DNA of 64,000 bases from Gemmatimonadaceae bacterium. GTDB taxonomy: Bacteria > Gemmatimonadota > Gemmatimonadetes > Gemmatimonadales > Gemmatimonadaceae. A program made the translations under genes and the position numbers. Numbering within the stretch: position 1 is the stretch's first letter; each line of letters starts with the position of its first letter. The stretch covers positions 128,001 to 192,000 of the forward strand of contig JBJMOW010000004.1 in assembly GCA_045803545.1 (NCBI GenBank). The letters are read 5' to 3'. Positions 51,698-60,277 of this stretch are shown one piece after another. The notes beneath the pieces are model-generated. The model had not been told where the DNA came from. It saw only the letters and a list, made by a program, of their open reading frames with translations, and made no database searches.

Positions 51698-53719
51698 TTA
51701 CTCGGAGACTTGCCTGACGTCTGGCACCAGATCCCGCACCGCATCACGCAGGTACTGAGTCGCGTCATCGTGGTGTGACGGATCCCATTCTTCAGCGAGC
51801 TCCTCGAGGTGCGCACGCCTCGCATCCACCAACCGCTCGAGCACTCGGCAGCCGGTTGGGGTCAGCTCAGAATGTCGGTTTGAATCAGCGCGCGGAATCG
51901 TTAACAGGCCGCGGCGACGCAACTCCTCGAGCGCTCCCTGGGCGCTGCGGTCACTGATTCCTCGGCTATGCGCCAGCTCGTGTGGAGACACTGTGGGCTG
52001 CACTTCAACCTGAACGAGTAGCCACGCTGCGAGCGGGCTCAACGTCTCGCCGGCCCGCTGAACGATCTTTTCAATATGCGCGCGCTGCACGTCACGATCC
52101 GCCAGTGACGACAGTGCCGCATACAGCCGCCTTGCAGCGGCACCTTCGTCCGCGGGTCGCGCGAACGTTTCCCCCGCTTCGTTACCGAGATCGCTCGCGC
52201 TCGCCGCTACAGTCGCGCGCAATGGCCGCTCCGGCAGCAACCAGGTCATGACAAATCCGATGGCGCATACGACAGCAGCGACGAAGAACATCGAATCGAG
52301 CGACGCGGTAAATGCCTGGGCGTACGTAGTTCGTACAGCTGGCGGTAGCTGAAGTACTGCTTGGACTGTGATGTTGTGCGCCCCACTACCCGCCGGCAGC
52401 AGCCTCGCCAGATTCGCCTCCAATCGCGAGGCGAAAATGGCGCCGAGTATCGCGGTGCCAAGCGAACCGCCAATCAGGCGGAATAACGTCGCACCGGACG
52501 TCGCGACGCCCAGGTCCTGATAGTTGACTGCGTTTTGCACGGCGATGACCAGCACCTGCATCACCATTCCGAGGCCAACGCCAAGCACGAGCAGCAGCAG
52601 CGACGCGGTGGTAGTTGTACTATCCGGACTAAGTCGCGAGAGAAAGTACAATCCGGCCGTCATGACGGCAGTTCCGAGCAGGGGGAAGATTTTGTAGCGA
52701 CCAGATCGGCTTATCAGCTGGCCAGATCCGATCGACGTCACAAGCATTCCCGCCATCATCGGCAGCATTTGCAATCCAGACGCGGTTGGAGTCTCACCTT
52801 TCACAACCTGCAGAAAGAGCGGGAAGTAGGTGACTGATCCGAAAAGCGCGAAGCCGACGATGAGTCCGACCGCCGAAGTGATGACGAAAGTGCGCTGCCG
52901 GAACAATCGCAGCGGTAGCACTGGCTCAGCGGCCTTGTTCTCGATGGCGGTGAACAGTACGAGCGCCAGCACCGACACGAGAATCAGGCCAATCGAGAAT
53001 GGCGAAGACCACGGATAGGTCGTCCCGCCAAGATCCGACAGCACCGTGATCGCGCTGAGCACGACGGCGAGCAGTCCGGCGCCCGCGTAATCGATCGCGC
53101 GAAATGCACGCCGGGCAATCGACGGCAGCGTCGAGGCTAGTACGACCAACGCTGCAATGCCGACCGGCAGATTGATGTAGAAGATCCACCGCCACGACCA
53201 GTGAGTCGTGAAGTATCCACCGAGCAGCGGACCGGCAATGCTCGAAAGACCGAACACCGCGCCGAAAATTCCCTGGTACCGGCCCCGTTCTCGCGGCGGC
53301 ACGATGTCGCCAACCACTGCCTGCGTGCTGACGACCAATCCGCCGCCACCAAGGCCCTGCACAGCGCGGAACATGATCAGCTGCGTCATGTTCTGACTAA
53401 GCCCGCACAGCGCCGAACCAATCAGAAAAAGAATGATCGCCGACTGCAGCACGATCTTTTGGCCGTAGAGATCACCGAGCTTGCCGTAAACCGGCGTGAC
53501 GATCGTCTGCGCCAGCAAATAGCCGGTGACGACCCACGACAAATGCTCGAGACCGCCGAGCTCGCTGACGATTGTTGGAAGCGCGGTTGAGACGATCGTC
53601 GAATCGAGTGCGGCGAGCAACATCGCCAGCACCAGACCGCTGAACGCGATCAGGATTTGTCGATGGCCGAGCGCGGCCGGCGGCGCGACCGCCTCGTCAG
53701 CAATCGCTGTTTCTGTCAT
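51698..53719 (-). CDS. DHA2 (14-TMS) MFS efflux transporter with a C-terminal MarR-like wHTH
   Basis: LDSTIVSTALP, GKLGDLYG, RAVQGLGGG and WRWIFYINLP; soluble tail ...ALEELRRRGLL...ELTPTG. Confidence 0.9.
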   Translation of the reverse strand: MTETAIADEAVAPPAALGHRQILIAFSGLVLAMLLAALDSTIVSTALPTIVSELGGLEHLSWVVTGYLLAQTIVTPVYGKLGDLYGQKIVLQSAIILFLIGSALCGLSQNMTQLIMFRAVQGLGGGGLVVSTQAVVGDIVPPRERGRYQGIFGAVFGLSSIAGPLLGGYFTTHWSWRWIFYINLPVGIAALVVLASTLPSIARRAFRAIDYAGAGLLAVVLSAITVLSDLGGTTYPWSSPFSIGLILVSVLALVLFTAIENKAAEPVLPLRLFRQRTFVITSAVGLIVGFALFGSVTYFPLFLQVVKGETPTASGLQMLPMMAGMLVTSIGSGQLISRSGRYKIFPLLGTAVMTAGLYFLSRLSPDSTTTTASLLLLVLGVGLGMVMQVLVIAVQNAVNYQDLGVATSGATLFRLIGGSLGTAILGAIFASRLEANLARLLPAGSGAHNITVQAVLQLPPAVRTTYAQAFTASLDSMFFVAAVVCAIGFVMTWLLPERPLRATVAASASDLGNEAGETFARPADEGAAARRLYAALSSLADRDVQRAHIEKIVQRAGETLSPLAAWLLVQVEVQPTVSPHELAHSRGISDRSAQGALEELRRRGLLTIPRADSNRHSELTPTGCRVLERLVDARRAHLEELAEEWDPSHHDDATQYLRDAVRDLVPDVRQVSE

Positions 53720-53742
53720 TCAACGTCGTGTCAGGCTCGCTA

Positions 53743-54276
53743 TCAGGCGGCCTTGGTCACCGGCTTACGCACGGCCAGTTGCAACAGGCCTCCGATTACG
53801 CCGACTGCCAGAACGATCCAGGTAAGGCCGGGCGTTTCCCACCGCTGCAGTCGGAGCGCATAGTCAAGCGAGTATCGGCCTGGCCCAGTTAACGCGAGCG
53901 CCAGCGCCGCAACCGCGAACATCAGCGGATGTTCGATGCCATTGGTGGAAACGAAGAACGGGTTGGCCTTGTGGACGGTGATCATCGCAACAATCATCAC
54001 CGAGATCATCAGTGCCGGACCAACAGGTCCAAGAAGCCCCAGCGCGAGCAGGAGCCCGCCAACAAACTCGGCGAGCGCAGCAGCGGTCGCGAAGCGACTA
54101 CCAGGTCGAAAGCCGATGCTCTCCAGCCAGCCTGCGGTTCCAGCCAATCCGTAGCCGCCGAACCACCCGAAAAGTTTTTGCGAGCCGTGAGCCGCGAAAA
54201 TCAGCCCGAAGACGAGTCGGATGACAAAGAGTCCGAGGTCGAGAAGCTGAGTGTCGATCGCATCTGTGGAAGGCAT
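53743..54276 (-). CDS. DoxX family membrane protein
   Basis: HGSQKLFGWFGG, EFVGG, GIE and GPGRYSLD. Confidence 0.92.
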   Translation of the reverse strand: MPSTDAIDTQLLDLGLFVIRLVFGLIFAAHGSQKLFGWFGGYGLAGTAGWLESIGFRPGSRFATAAALAEFVGGLLLALGLLGPVGPALMISVMIVAMITVHKANPFFVSTNGIEHPLMFAVAALALALTGPGRYSLDYALRLQRWETPGLTWIVLAVGVIGGLLQLAVRKPVTKAA

Positions 54277-54357
54277 GGTGACATCTCCGCGAAAGCCGAT
54301 AGAGTGAATGTTTAGCACGGCGGTCGACAGCGACTGACCGTTACGACAGATCAAAAA

Positions 54358-54993
54358 TCAGTCTGGACTGTTGGTCCCCAGAATTTTGAGTGCGAGACAA
54401 GCGGCGCCAAAGCCGTTATCGATGTTCACGACCGCAACGCCAGGACTGCAGCTGGCCAGCATCGTGTTCAAGGCAACGACGCCACCTTGGGCAACGCCTG
54501 TGCCGACAGACGTGGGAACGCCGATTACAGGCGAGCGGAGTAGTCCGGCAACAACAGCGGGCAGCGCGCCGTCCATGCCAGCAGCGACGATGCACACCCG
54601 AGCCGCAGCAAGCTCGGGCAGAATCGACTGCAGGCGATGAATGCCGGCCACCCCGACATCGAAGTGAGTAGCGGTCGGTACTCCCATCGCCTCCAGCGTT
54701 GTCGACGCTTCGAGCGCAACAGCGATGTCTGCAGTACCGGCGGTGATTACCGGCACGGGTGCGATGTCCCGTTTCGGCCGCGGGTTACGGACCGCCATGC
54801 GCGCTTCACGATGGATCGTCGCGAATTCCTCGAGGACGTTCATTTGCTCGTCGCTCAGTCGCGAAGCGATACGGAGCTCCGGATTGTTCTCGAAGATCTC
54901 GCGCAAATGCACTGCCGTCTTGCCCGGCCCGTAGACGACCTCGGGAACGCCCGTACGCGCTTCCCGCTCCTTGTCCCAGCGAACGTGTTTCAT
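54358..54993 (-). CDS. larB: Nickel-pincer cofactor biosynthesis carboxylase/hydrolase LarB
   Basis: REARTGVPEVVYGPGK, AGTAD, DVGVAGIHR, AGMDGAL, PTSVG, SCSPG and VNIDNGFGA. Confidence 0.94.
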   Translation of the reverse strand: MKHVRWDKEREARTGVPEVVYGPGKTAVHLREIFENNPELRIASRLSDEQMNVLEEFATIHREARMAVRNPRPKRDIAPVPVITAGTADIAVALEASTTLEAMGVPTATHFDVGVAGIHRLQSILPELAAARVCIVAAGMDGALPAVVAGLLRSPVIGVPTSVGTGVAQGGVVALNTMLASCSPGVAVVNIDNGFGAACLALKILGTNSPD

Positions 54994-55811
54994 GTAGCGG
55001 CCAGAGGGAGCGAAAGACTGCCGCTCTGCAATCCGCCGAGGTCCAACGCGACGAACCTGAAGCCAGCCTTGCGACAGACGCTACGCAGCTCGTCGCGCAG
55101 CGGATCCGACACGACTTTCTCGAACAGCGCTGGTGGCACCTCGATGCGCACCACGGTCTCGTGCCAGCGTGCGCGTGCCGGCCAGACATCGTGCGCGCGC
55201 AGAAACTCTTCCACTTGCTCGATCTGTTGCAAACGCTCCGGCGTCACTTCGATCCCCACTGGTATTCTGCTCGCCAGACACGGAGCTGCAGGTTTTTCGG
55301 CGTTGGACAAGTTCCATTGGCGTGCCAGCGCTCGCACGTCGGCTTTACCGAAGTTGGCATCGACGAGTGGCGCGACGACCCCGTGCTCCATCGCGGCGCG
55401 GAGTCCCGGCCGATGCTCGCCGAGGTCGTCGAGATGCGTTCCGACGAACATGACTTCAGTATCTCCGCGAGATGCCGCCAGCTGCTGCACGGTTTCGTAC
55501 AGCGACGTCTTGCAGAAATAACAGCGGTCGCCGGCGTTAGCGCGGTATCCGGTCAACTCGATTTCGTTGGTCTCGACTTCCTCAATCGTCGCGCCGATCT
55601 CAGACGCAATGCGATGTGCCTCGGCGCGCTCACTCGCAGCGAGCGATGGACTCACGCCCAGCAAGGCGACCGTTGGCAGTCCAGCGCGAACGCACGCCGC
55701 CAGCACCACTGTCGAATCAATCCCGCCCGAGTAGCAGACGTAGACAATTCGGCCAGCGGCCGCGACGCCAACCGCGTCAATCAGCCGCTGCTCAAGATCC
55801 AAGTGGCTCAC
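54990..55811 (-). CDS. larE: ATP-dependent sulfur insertase LarE
   Basis: PP-loop SGGIDS, RCYFCK, RPG and PCLASRIP. Confidence 0.93.
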   Translation of the reverse strand: MSHLDLEQRLIDAVGVAAAGRIVYVCYSGGIDSTVVLAACVRAGLPTVALLGVSPSLAASERAEAHRIASEIGATIEEVETNEIELTGYRANAGDRCYFCKTSLYETVQQLAASRGDTEVMFVGTHLDDLGEHRPGLRAAMEHGVVAPLVDANFGKADVRALARQWNLSNAEKPAAPCLASRIPVGIEVTPERLQQIEQVEEFLRAHDVWPARARWHETVVRIEVPPALFEKVVSDPLRDELRSVCRKAGFRFVALDLGGLQSGSLSLPLAAT

Positions 55812-57027
55812 CAGCCGCCGAAGGCTCGGCGTCCCACAACGAGTTCATGACTTCCTCGCGCAGCTCGGAGATCGGCCGCGCAGTCTCTTCCGCAACACGT
55901 CGCAAATCATCGAACTCGGGCTTGGCACGCCGAGTTCCGTCGGGCAGGGTGGAAATCTTGACGCGAATGTCGTGGCCGTTCAGGCGGACGACTTTCGATT
56001 CACGCTCGAGGGCGCTTCTCAAGACGTCGAACGTTTTTACGCCGATCGTCGTGAAGTGAGTGAACATCGTTTGCTCGATTCGCGGCAGATCGTCCGCCTG
56101 GACGAGGGCCTCTACGCGCGTTCCTGGCCTTCCCTTCTTCATCGTCGTGTTCAGCAGCACCACGTCCAGCGCGCCTTTCGCGCGGAGCACGTCCGCTGCT
56201 CCAGCCAGCTCCTCGGGCGACATATCGTCGATGTCCGCGCTGAGCAGATGCAAATGCTCGGTGTGAACATGATCGTGGTGGTGGTGATGATGCTGGTGCT
56301 CGTGTTCTACCACCGCGTCGCCCATGATGATGCGCAAGGCGTTCAACTGATGCGGAATGTCGCGTGTGCCCGCGCCGTAACCGCTGCTGCGTGCCGTGTA
56401 CTCGCGCGGCGGCACGCCCTTGGAAAGAACGCGCAGCAGCGCCGCACCCGTTGGAGTTGTAAGCTCACCTGATCCCGGCGGACCGTGACTGACGTTGAAT
56501 CCCTCGAGCAGCCGAATCGTCGCCGGTGCCGGTACCGGCAATACTCCGTGTGCCGTCTTCACGGTTCCATCGCCGAGCGCGACACGGGTATTGTAGACTC
56601 GCTCGATACCGAGCAGCTCGATACCCCACAGCGAGCCGACGACATCGAGAATCGCGTCGACGGCGCCGACTTCGTGCAGATGCAGGTCGTCCGGGGCGAC
56701 GCCATGTATGGCCGCCTCGATTGTAGCGATGGCATCGAACGCGGCATGCGCGCGCTCGCGAACCTTGTCCGGAATCGAAACGACGTCTACCAGCCGATGA
56801 ATCTCGGAGACCGCGCGTCCATGCGGCTGCGGCGGAATGTCGAAATCGACCTTCACACATTTCACTGCCGACCGCTGCACTTCCGCGATGCGCACGGTCA
56901 CCCCATCGAGACCCAGTGTCGCCGGTAGCCGCGACAGCCACAGGCGATCGAGGCCGTTGTCGACGAGCGCGCCAATGAACATGTCGCCAGCGATACCGCT
57001 GGCGGGGTCGAGAACCGCGATCTTCAT
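55792..57027 (-). CDS. larC: CTP-dependent nickel insertase LarC
   Basis: SGIAGDM, HLHEVGAVD, AHGVLPVPAPAT, ELTTPTG, His-rich linker, MKKGRPG, TTIG and KPEFDD. Confidence 0.95.
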   Translation of the reverse strand: MKIAVLDPASGIAGDMFIGALVDNGLDRLWLSRLPATLGLDGVTVRIAEVQRSAVKCVKVDFDIPPQPHGRAVSEIHRLVDVVSIPDKVRERAHAAFDAIATIEAAIHGVAPDDLHLHEVGAVDAILDVVGSLWGIELLGIERVYNTRVALGDGTVKTAHGVLPVPAPATIRLLEGFNVSHGPPGSGELTTPTGAALLRVLSKGVPPREYTARSSGYGAGTRDIPHQLNALRIIMGDAVVEHEHQHHHHHHDHVHTEHLHLLSADIDDMSPEELAGAADVLRAKGALDVVLLNTTMKKGRPGTRVEALVQADDLPRIEQTMFTHFTTIGVKTFDVLRSALERESKVVRLNGHDIRVKISTLPDGTRRAKPEFDDLRRVAEETARPISELREEVMNSLWDAEPSAAGEPLGS

Positions 57028-57080
57028 CCCGATAATCTAATTCCGGAACTTCCGGTTCTGATTTTGCACCCGGCCCCCGC

Positions 57081-58001
57081 ATGACATCCGAACGTTACGA
57101 TGTCGCGGTGGTCGGCGGTGGTCCAGCTGGATTGTCAGCGGCACTCTGGCTCGCGCGATACCTACATAAGGTCGTGGTGATCGATTCCGGCGATCCGCGT
57201 AACTGGGAGACGCGCGGCATCAACGGCTATCTCGGTCATCAGGGCATTCGCTCGCCGGAGCTCCGTCGACTCGGCCGCATCGAGAGCGAGAAGTACGGCG
57301 CGGACTTCATGACCGGCGTTGTCGACACCGCGGCAAACGAAACCGGCGACCTGTTCACGATCTGCCTGCGCGGCGGAAAGACAATCGAAGCGCGACGAAT
57401 CCTGCTGTCAATCGGTCTTCGAGATGTTTGGCCCGACGTTCCGGGTCTCAACGAATGTTATGGTGAGACGGTGCACGTCTGCCCCGATTGTGATGGTTAC
57501 GAGACGCACGGAAAGAAGACGGTCGTGATTGGCGTCGGACGTAAGGCAGTTGGAATGGCGCTGGCGCTGACGACGTGGACGCGCGAGATCGTCATCTGCA
57601 CCAATGGCGAGCCGCCCGACATGGAGCAGAAGCTGCTGGACCTGCTCAAGCCTCTGAACATCCCGGTGCTCGATGCGCCGATCACGTGTGTCGTCTCACA
57701 GCAAAAGGAGATTCGCGGGGTGGAGCTGGAAGGCGGAATGTCCCTTGACTGCGAGCGTCTCTACTTCGCGATCGGTCAGTACCCCTCAGACGATCTCGGT
57801 ACCCAGCTGGGATGCGAGCGTGACGAGATCGGCCGCCTGGTGATCGACGAGCACAACCACACCTCGATCAGGAATGTGTATGCAGCCGGCGACATCGCCG
57901 GCGGTGCTCAGCTCGCTATTGCAGCAGCCGCGAGCGGCGCAATCGCTGCTGTCGCCATCCACGCGTCCCTGGTTCCCGAGACGAGGAAGCTTCCGAACTA
58001 A
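57081..58001 (+). CDS. Thioredoxin reductase-like NAD(P)/FAD oxidoreductase
   Basis: GGGPAG, CPDCDG redox pair, VYAAGD. Confidence 0.9.
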   Translation: MTSERYDVAVVGGGPAGLSAALWLARYLHKVVVIDSGDPRNWETRGINGYLGHQGIRSPELRRLGRIESEKYGADFMTGVVDTAANETGDLFTICLRGGKTIEARRILLSIGLRDVWPDVPGLNECYGETVHVCPDCDGYETHGKKTVVIGVGRKAVGMALALTTWTREIVICTNGEPPDMEQKLLDLLKPLNIPVLDAPITCVVSQQKEIRGVELEGGMSLDCERLYFAIGQYPSDDLGTQLGCERDEIGRLVIDEHNHTSIRNVYAAGDIAGGAQLAIAAAASGAIAAVAIHASLVPETRKLPN

Positions 58002-58005
58002 ATCC

Positions 58006-58887
58006 CTACCAGCGCAGTGTCAGAGACTGCAGCTGATGCTTCCGCATGATCTGGAGATCAACACTGCGATCTTTTTCGTCGGCGGATCTGATTGCCTGCA
58101 CCAGATCGATCGGGCTCGACACCTTCATGTTATCTGCCCTGAGGATGATGTCGCCGCCGCGCAGTCCGGCGTTTCTCGCCGCTGATCCTTCGACGACGTT
58201 CGTCACGAAGACTCCGTCACCCTTCACGCCGAGTACATCGCACAGATCGGAATTCAGCTGCGTAAACGAGGCGCCGGCAAACGGGTAGGTTCCGCCGGCA
58301 CCGAAGCCGAGTGCGGGAGCGAGAACGGCCGGCAGCGGATCCGTCGGAACTCTGCTCCTAACGCTCAGCATGCCGGTCATCGGCTCTCGGCTGAGCGAGC
58401 CACTTCGCATGTCGAGCCGGTCTTTGACACTCATTTGCTGGGTCATCTCAACGACCATCCGCTGCTCCCAATCGGACGGCCGTTTCGTGAGCGTGCCTCT
58501 CAACATTCGCGTCCTGTCGTTTCGCCGAATCTTGAGCACGAACGGTGCGCCGACCTTGAGCCATTGGGCGAGCTCGATCGAGCCGCCACGCATATCATGG
58601 CCGTTGAACATCAGCAGCACGTCGCCGATCTGAACGCCGGCTTTTGACGCCGGTGAGTTTGGATCCACGTGAGTGACGACCGGGTAGGCGTCGAAGAACG
58701 CAGTGCCTTCATCAGTCATCATTGCGGTATCGGAGATCCGCACGCCAAACCATCCAGTCGGCTCCTTGATGACGAAGGTGCGAGTAGGTTCCTGCGCTCT
58801 TGCCGCCACGGGCAAGCAACAACACGCCACCAATGCGGCGGTGACGATCGACTTCCTGGACTCGATAATCTCCCTTCTTTGACGCAT
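58006..58887 (-). CDS. Exported protein with two PDZ domains
   Basis: Signal peptide; VDPNSPASKAGVQIGD and VVEGSAARNAGLRGGD; no trypsin triad seen. Confidence 0.88.
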   Translation of the reverse strand: MRQRREIIESRKSIVTAALVACCCLPVAARAQEPTRTFVIKEPTGWFGVRISDTAMMTDEGTAFFDAYPVVTHVDPNSPASKAGVQIGDVLLMFNGHDMRGGSIELAQWLKVGAPFVLKIRRNDRTRMLRGTLTKRPSDWEQRMVVEMTQQMSVKDRLDMRSGSLSREPMTGMLSVRSRVPTDPLPAVLAPALGFGAGGTYPFAGASFTQLNSDLCDVLGVKGDGVFVTNVVEGSAARNAGLRGGDIILRADNMKVSSPIDLVQAIRSADEKDRSVDLQIMRKHQLQSLTLRW

Positions 58888-58891
58888 CAGA

Positions 58892-59527
58892 CTAGAACCC
58901 CCTCAAGCCGGCAGTAGAAACCACCTGCCGTGTCGCCGCGCGGGCTCCCATCGTGGCCAGGAAGTACTGGTTCAAAACGGGATCGTGGGGAGCGGTTGCC
59001 AGCGCGCTCCTCGCCGCATTCGCGATCTGATCGAGTGCTTCGGCGCGGGCTCTGTAGAAGGCGGCGCTGTCTCGCGTCTGGTCGGCGAGATTGCTGGCTG
59101 CGAGATACTGAGAGGCGCGTGTGTATTCCTGAACCGCTCTATCCAGTGCGGCCGACGCCTGATCGACCGAGGCGAAACTCGCGCTCGAGGATGGGATGAA
59201 ATCGGTAGTTGCGTTGTTGTTAGCGGTAGTGGCCGTCGACGGATTCGCAGCAGTCGCCACAGCGGCGGGTTGGCTGGTCACAGTTGTCGGGAGTCCTATC
59301 GTGCTACGGCCGATTGCGATACCTCCAACGAGTAGCAGCACCGCGGCTGCCGCCTGTAGCCATTGCTGTCCGAGTGACCCTCGCCACTCGCGCGAATCCT
59401 GGATGAGACCCTCCTCTCGCGCTCGCGCCGCGATGGTCCGCCATTCGTTCAACGGTTCCTGCGGTCGCACTTTCTCCGCGGCAATGACCTGGTCGAGTTG
59501 TTCTTCAGACAGATGCGACATGTCCAT
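58892..59527 (-). CDS. Single-TM protein, candidate anti-sigma factor
   Basis: Overlaps the end of the ECF sigma gene; short cytoplasmic N-terminus, TM WLQAAAAVLLLVGG, extracytoplasmic helical domain. Confidence 0.75.
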   Translation of the reverse strand: MDMSHLSEEQLDQVIAAEKVRPQEPLNEWRTIAARAREEGLIQDSREWRGSLGQQWLQAAAAVLLLVGGIAIGRSTIGLPTTVTSQPAAVATAANPSTATTANNNATTDFIPSSSASFASVDQASAALDRAVQEYTRASQYLAASNLADQTRDSAAFYRARAEALDQIANAARSALATAPHDPVLNQYFLATMGARAATRQVVSTAGLRGF

Positions 59528-60110
59528 TCCCCTTTCTTCCTACTTTCGTCGTTGGTGAATCGTCTACAAGGTGCGCGAGCATCGTCCGTAACCGCGCGCG
59601 CGCCTTGAACAGTTGTGATTTCGATCCGCCCGGAGTGATTCCGAGCTCCTCTCCGATCTCCCCGTGCGTGTAGCCTTCGATGTCATGAAGTACAAACACG
59701 GCCCTGGCACCCGGCGACAGCTTGTTCATCGCCTGTTCTATCGATTCGGCGATGAACGTCCGGTCCGAATCCATCTCAGTCATCGCGGAGTCATCCTCGA
59801 TGTCTGTTTCCAATTTTGCGATGCGCCTTATTTTGCGTAAAGCGTTCAGCGTGCGGTTCACTGCGATGCGGTGCGCCCACGTTCCGAACTGCGAGTCGCC
59901 GCGATAGCTGGGGAGAGCTCTGAAGATCTGCATCCAGACTTCCTGAGAGATGTCGGCGGCCAGCTCGGGATCACCACAGAGCCTGCGAACAACGGCGTCG
60001 ATGTGAGGCGCATGCTGCGACCAAAGTCGCTGCATTGCCCTCTCGTCACCGTTGATTGCGCGCTTGAGGTCAAGCTGATCGATTGGCATCTCGGACAATG
60101 GCTTAGTCAC
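59505..60110 (-). CDS. ECF RNA polymerase sigma factor
   Basis: sigma2 (ADISQEVW...FGTWAHRIAVN) and sigma4 (LSPGARAVFVLHDIEGY...KSQLFKAR); start is GTG 60110 or ATG 60089. Confidence 0.94.
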   Translation of the reverse strand: MTKPLSEMPIDQLDLKRAINGDERAMQRLWSQHAPHIDAVVRRLCGDPELAADISQEVWMQIFRALPSYRGDSQFGTWAHRIAVNRTLNALRKIRRIAKLETDIEDDSAMTEMDSDRTFIAESIEQAMNKLSPGARAVFVLHDIEGYTHGEIGEELGITPGGSKSQLFKARARLRTMLAHLVDDSPTTKVGRKGNGHVASV

Positions 60111-60170
60111 ATCAGATGAGGATGAAGTTTCCTTCGAAAAATCGGTGACGTTTCGCTTTCCGGAATCGTT

Positions 60171-60205
60171 TGCAACCGTACGCCCATCCGCTCCGTACAG
60201 TTGCA
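60171..60205. promoter_or_regulatory. Overlapping divergent ECF-type promoters, TGCAAC-N17-CGTA on both strands
   Basis: + strand: TGCAAC 60171-60176 and CGTA 60194-60197. - strand: TGCAAC 60205-60200 and CGTA 60182-60179. Confidence 0.65.
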
Positions 60206-60277
60206 AAGGTCACCCGAGAGGTCGGAACCTTGCAGAGTACGGCTCAGTACAAATAAGTGTAGTTCAAGGAGTTAGCG

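Noticed and set aside
56200..56330. Programmed frameshift between larC1 and larC2
   Set aside because: LarC is one continuous ORF through the His-rich linker.
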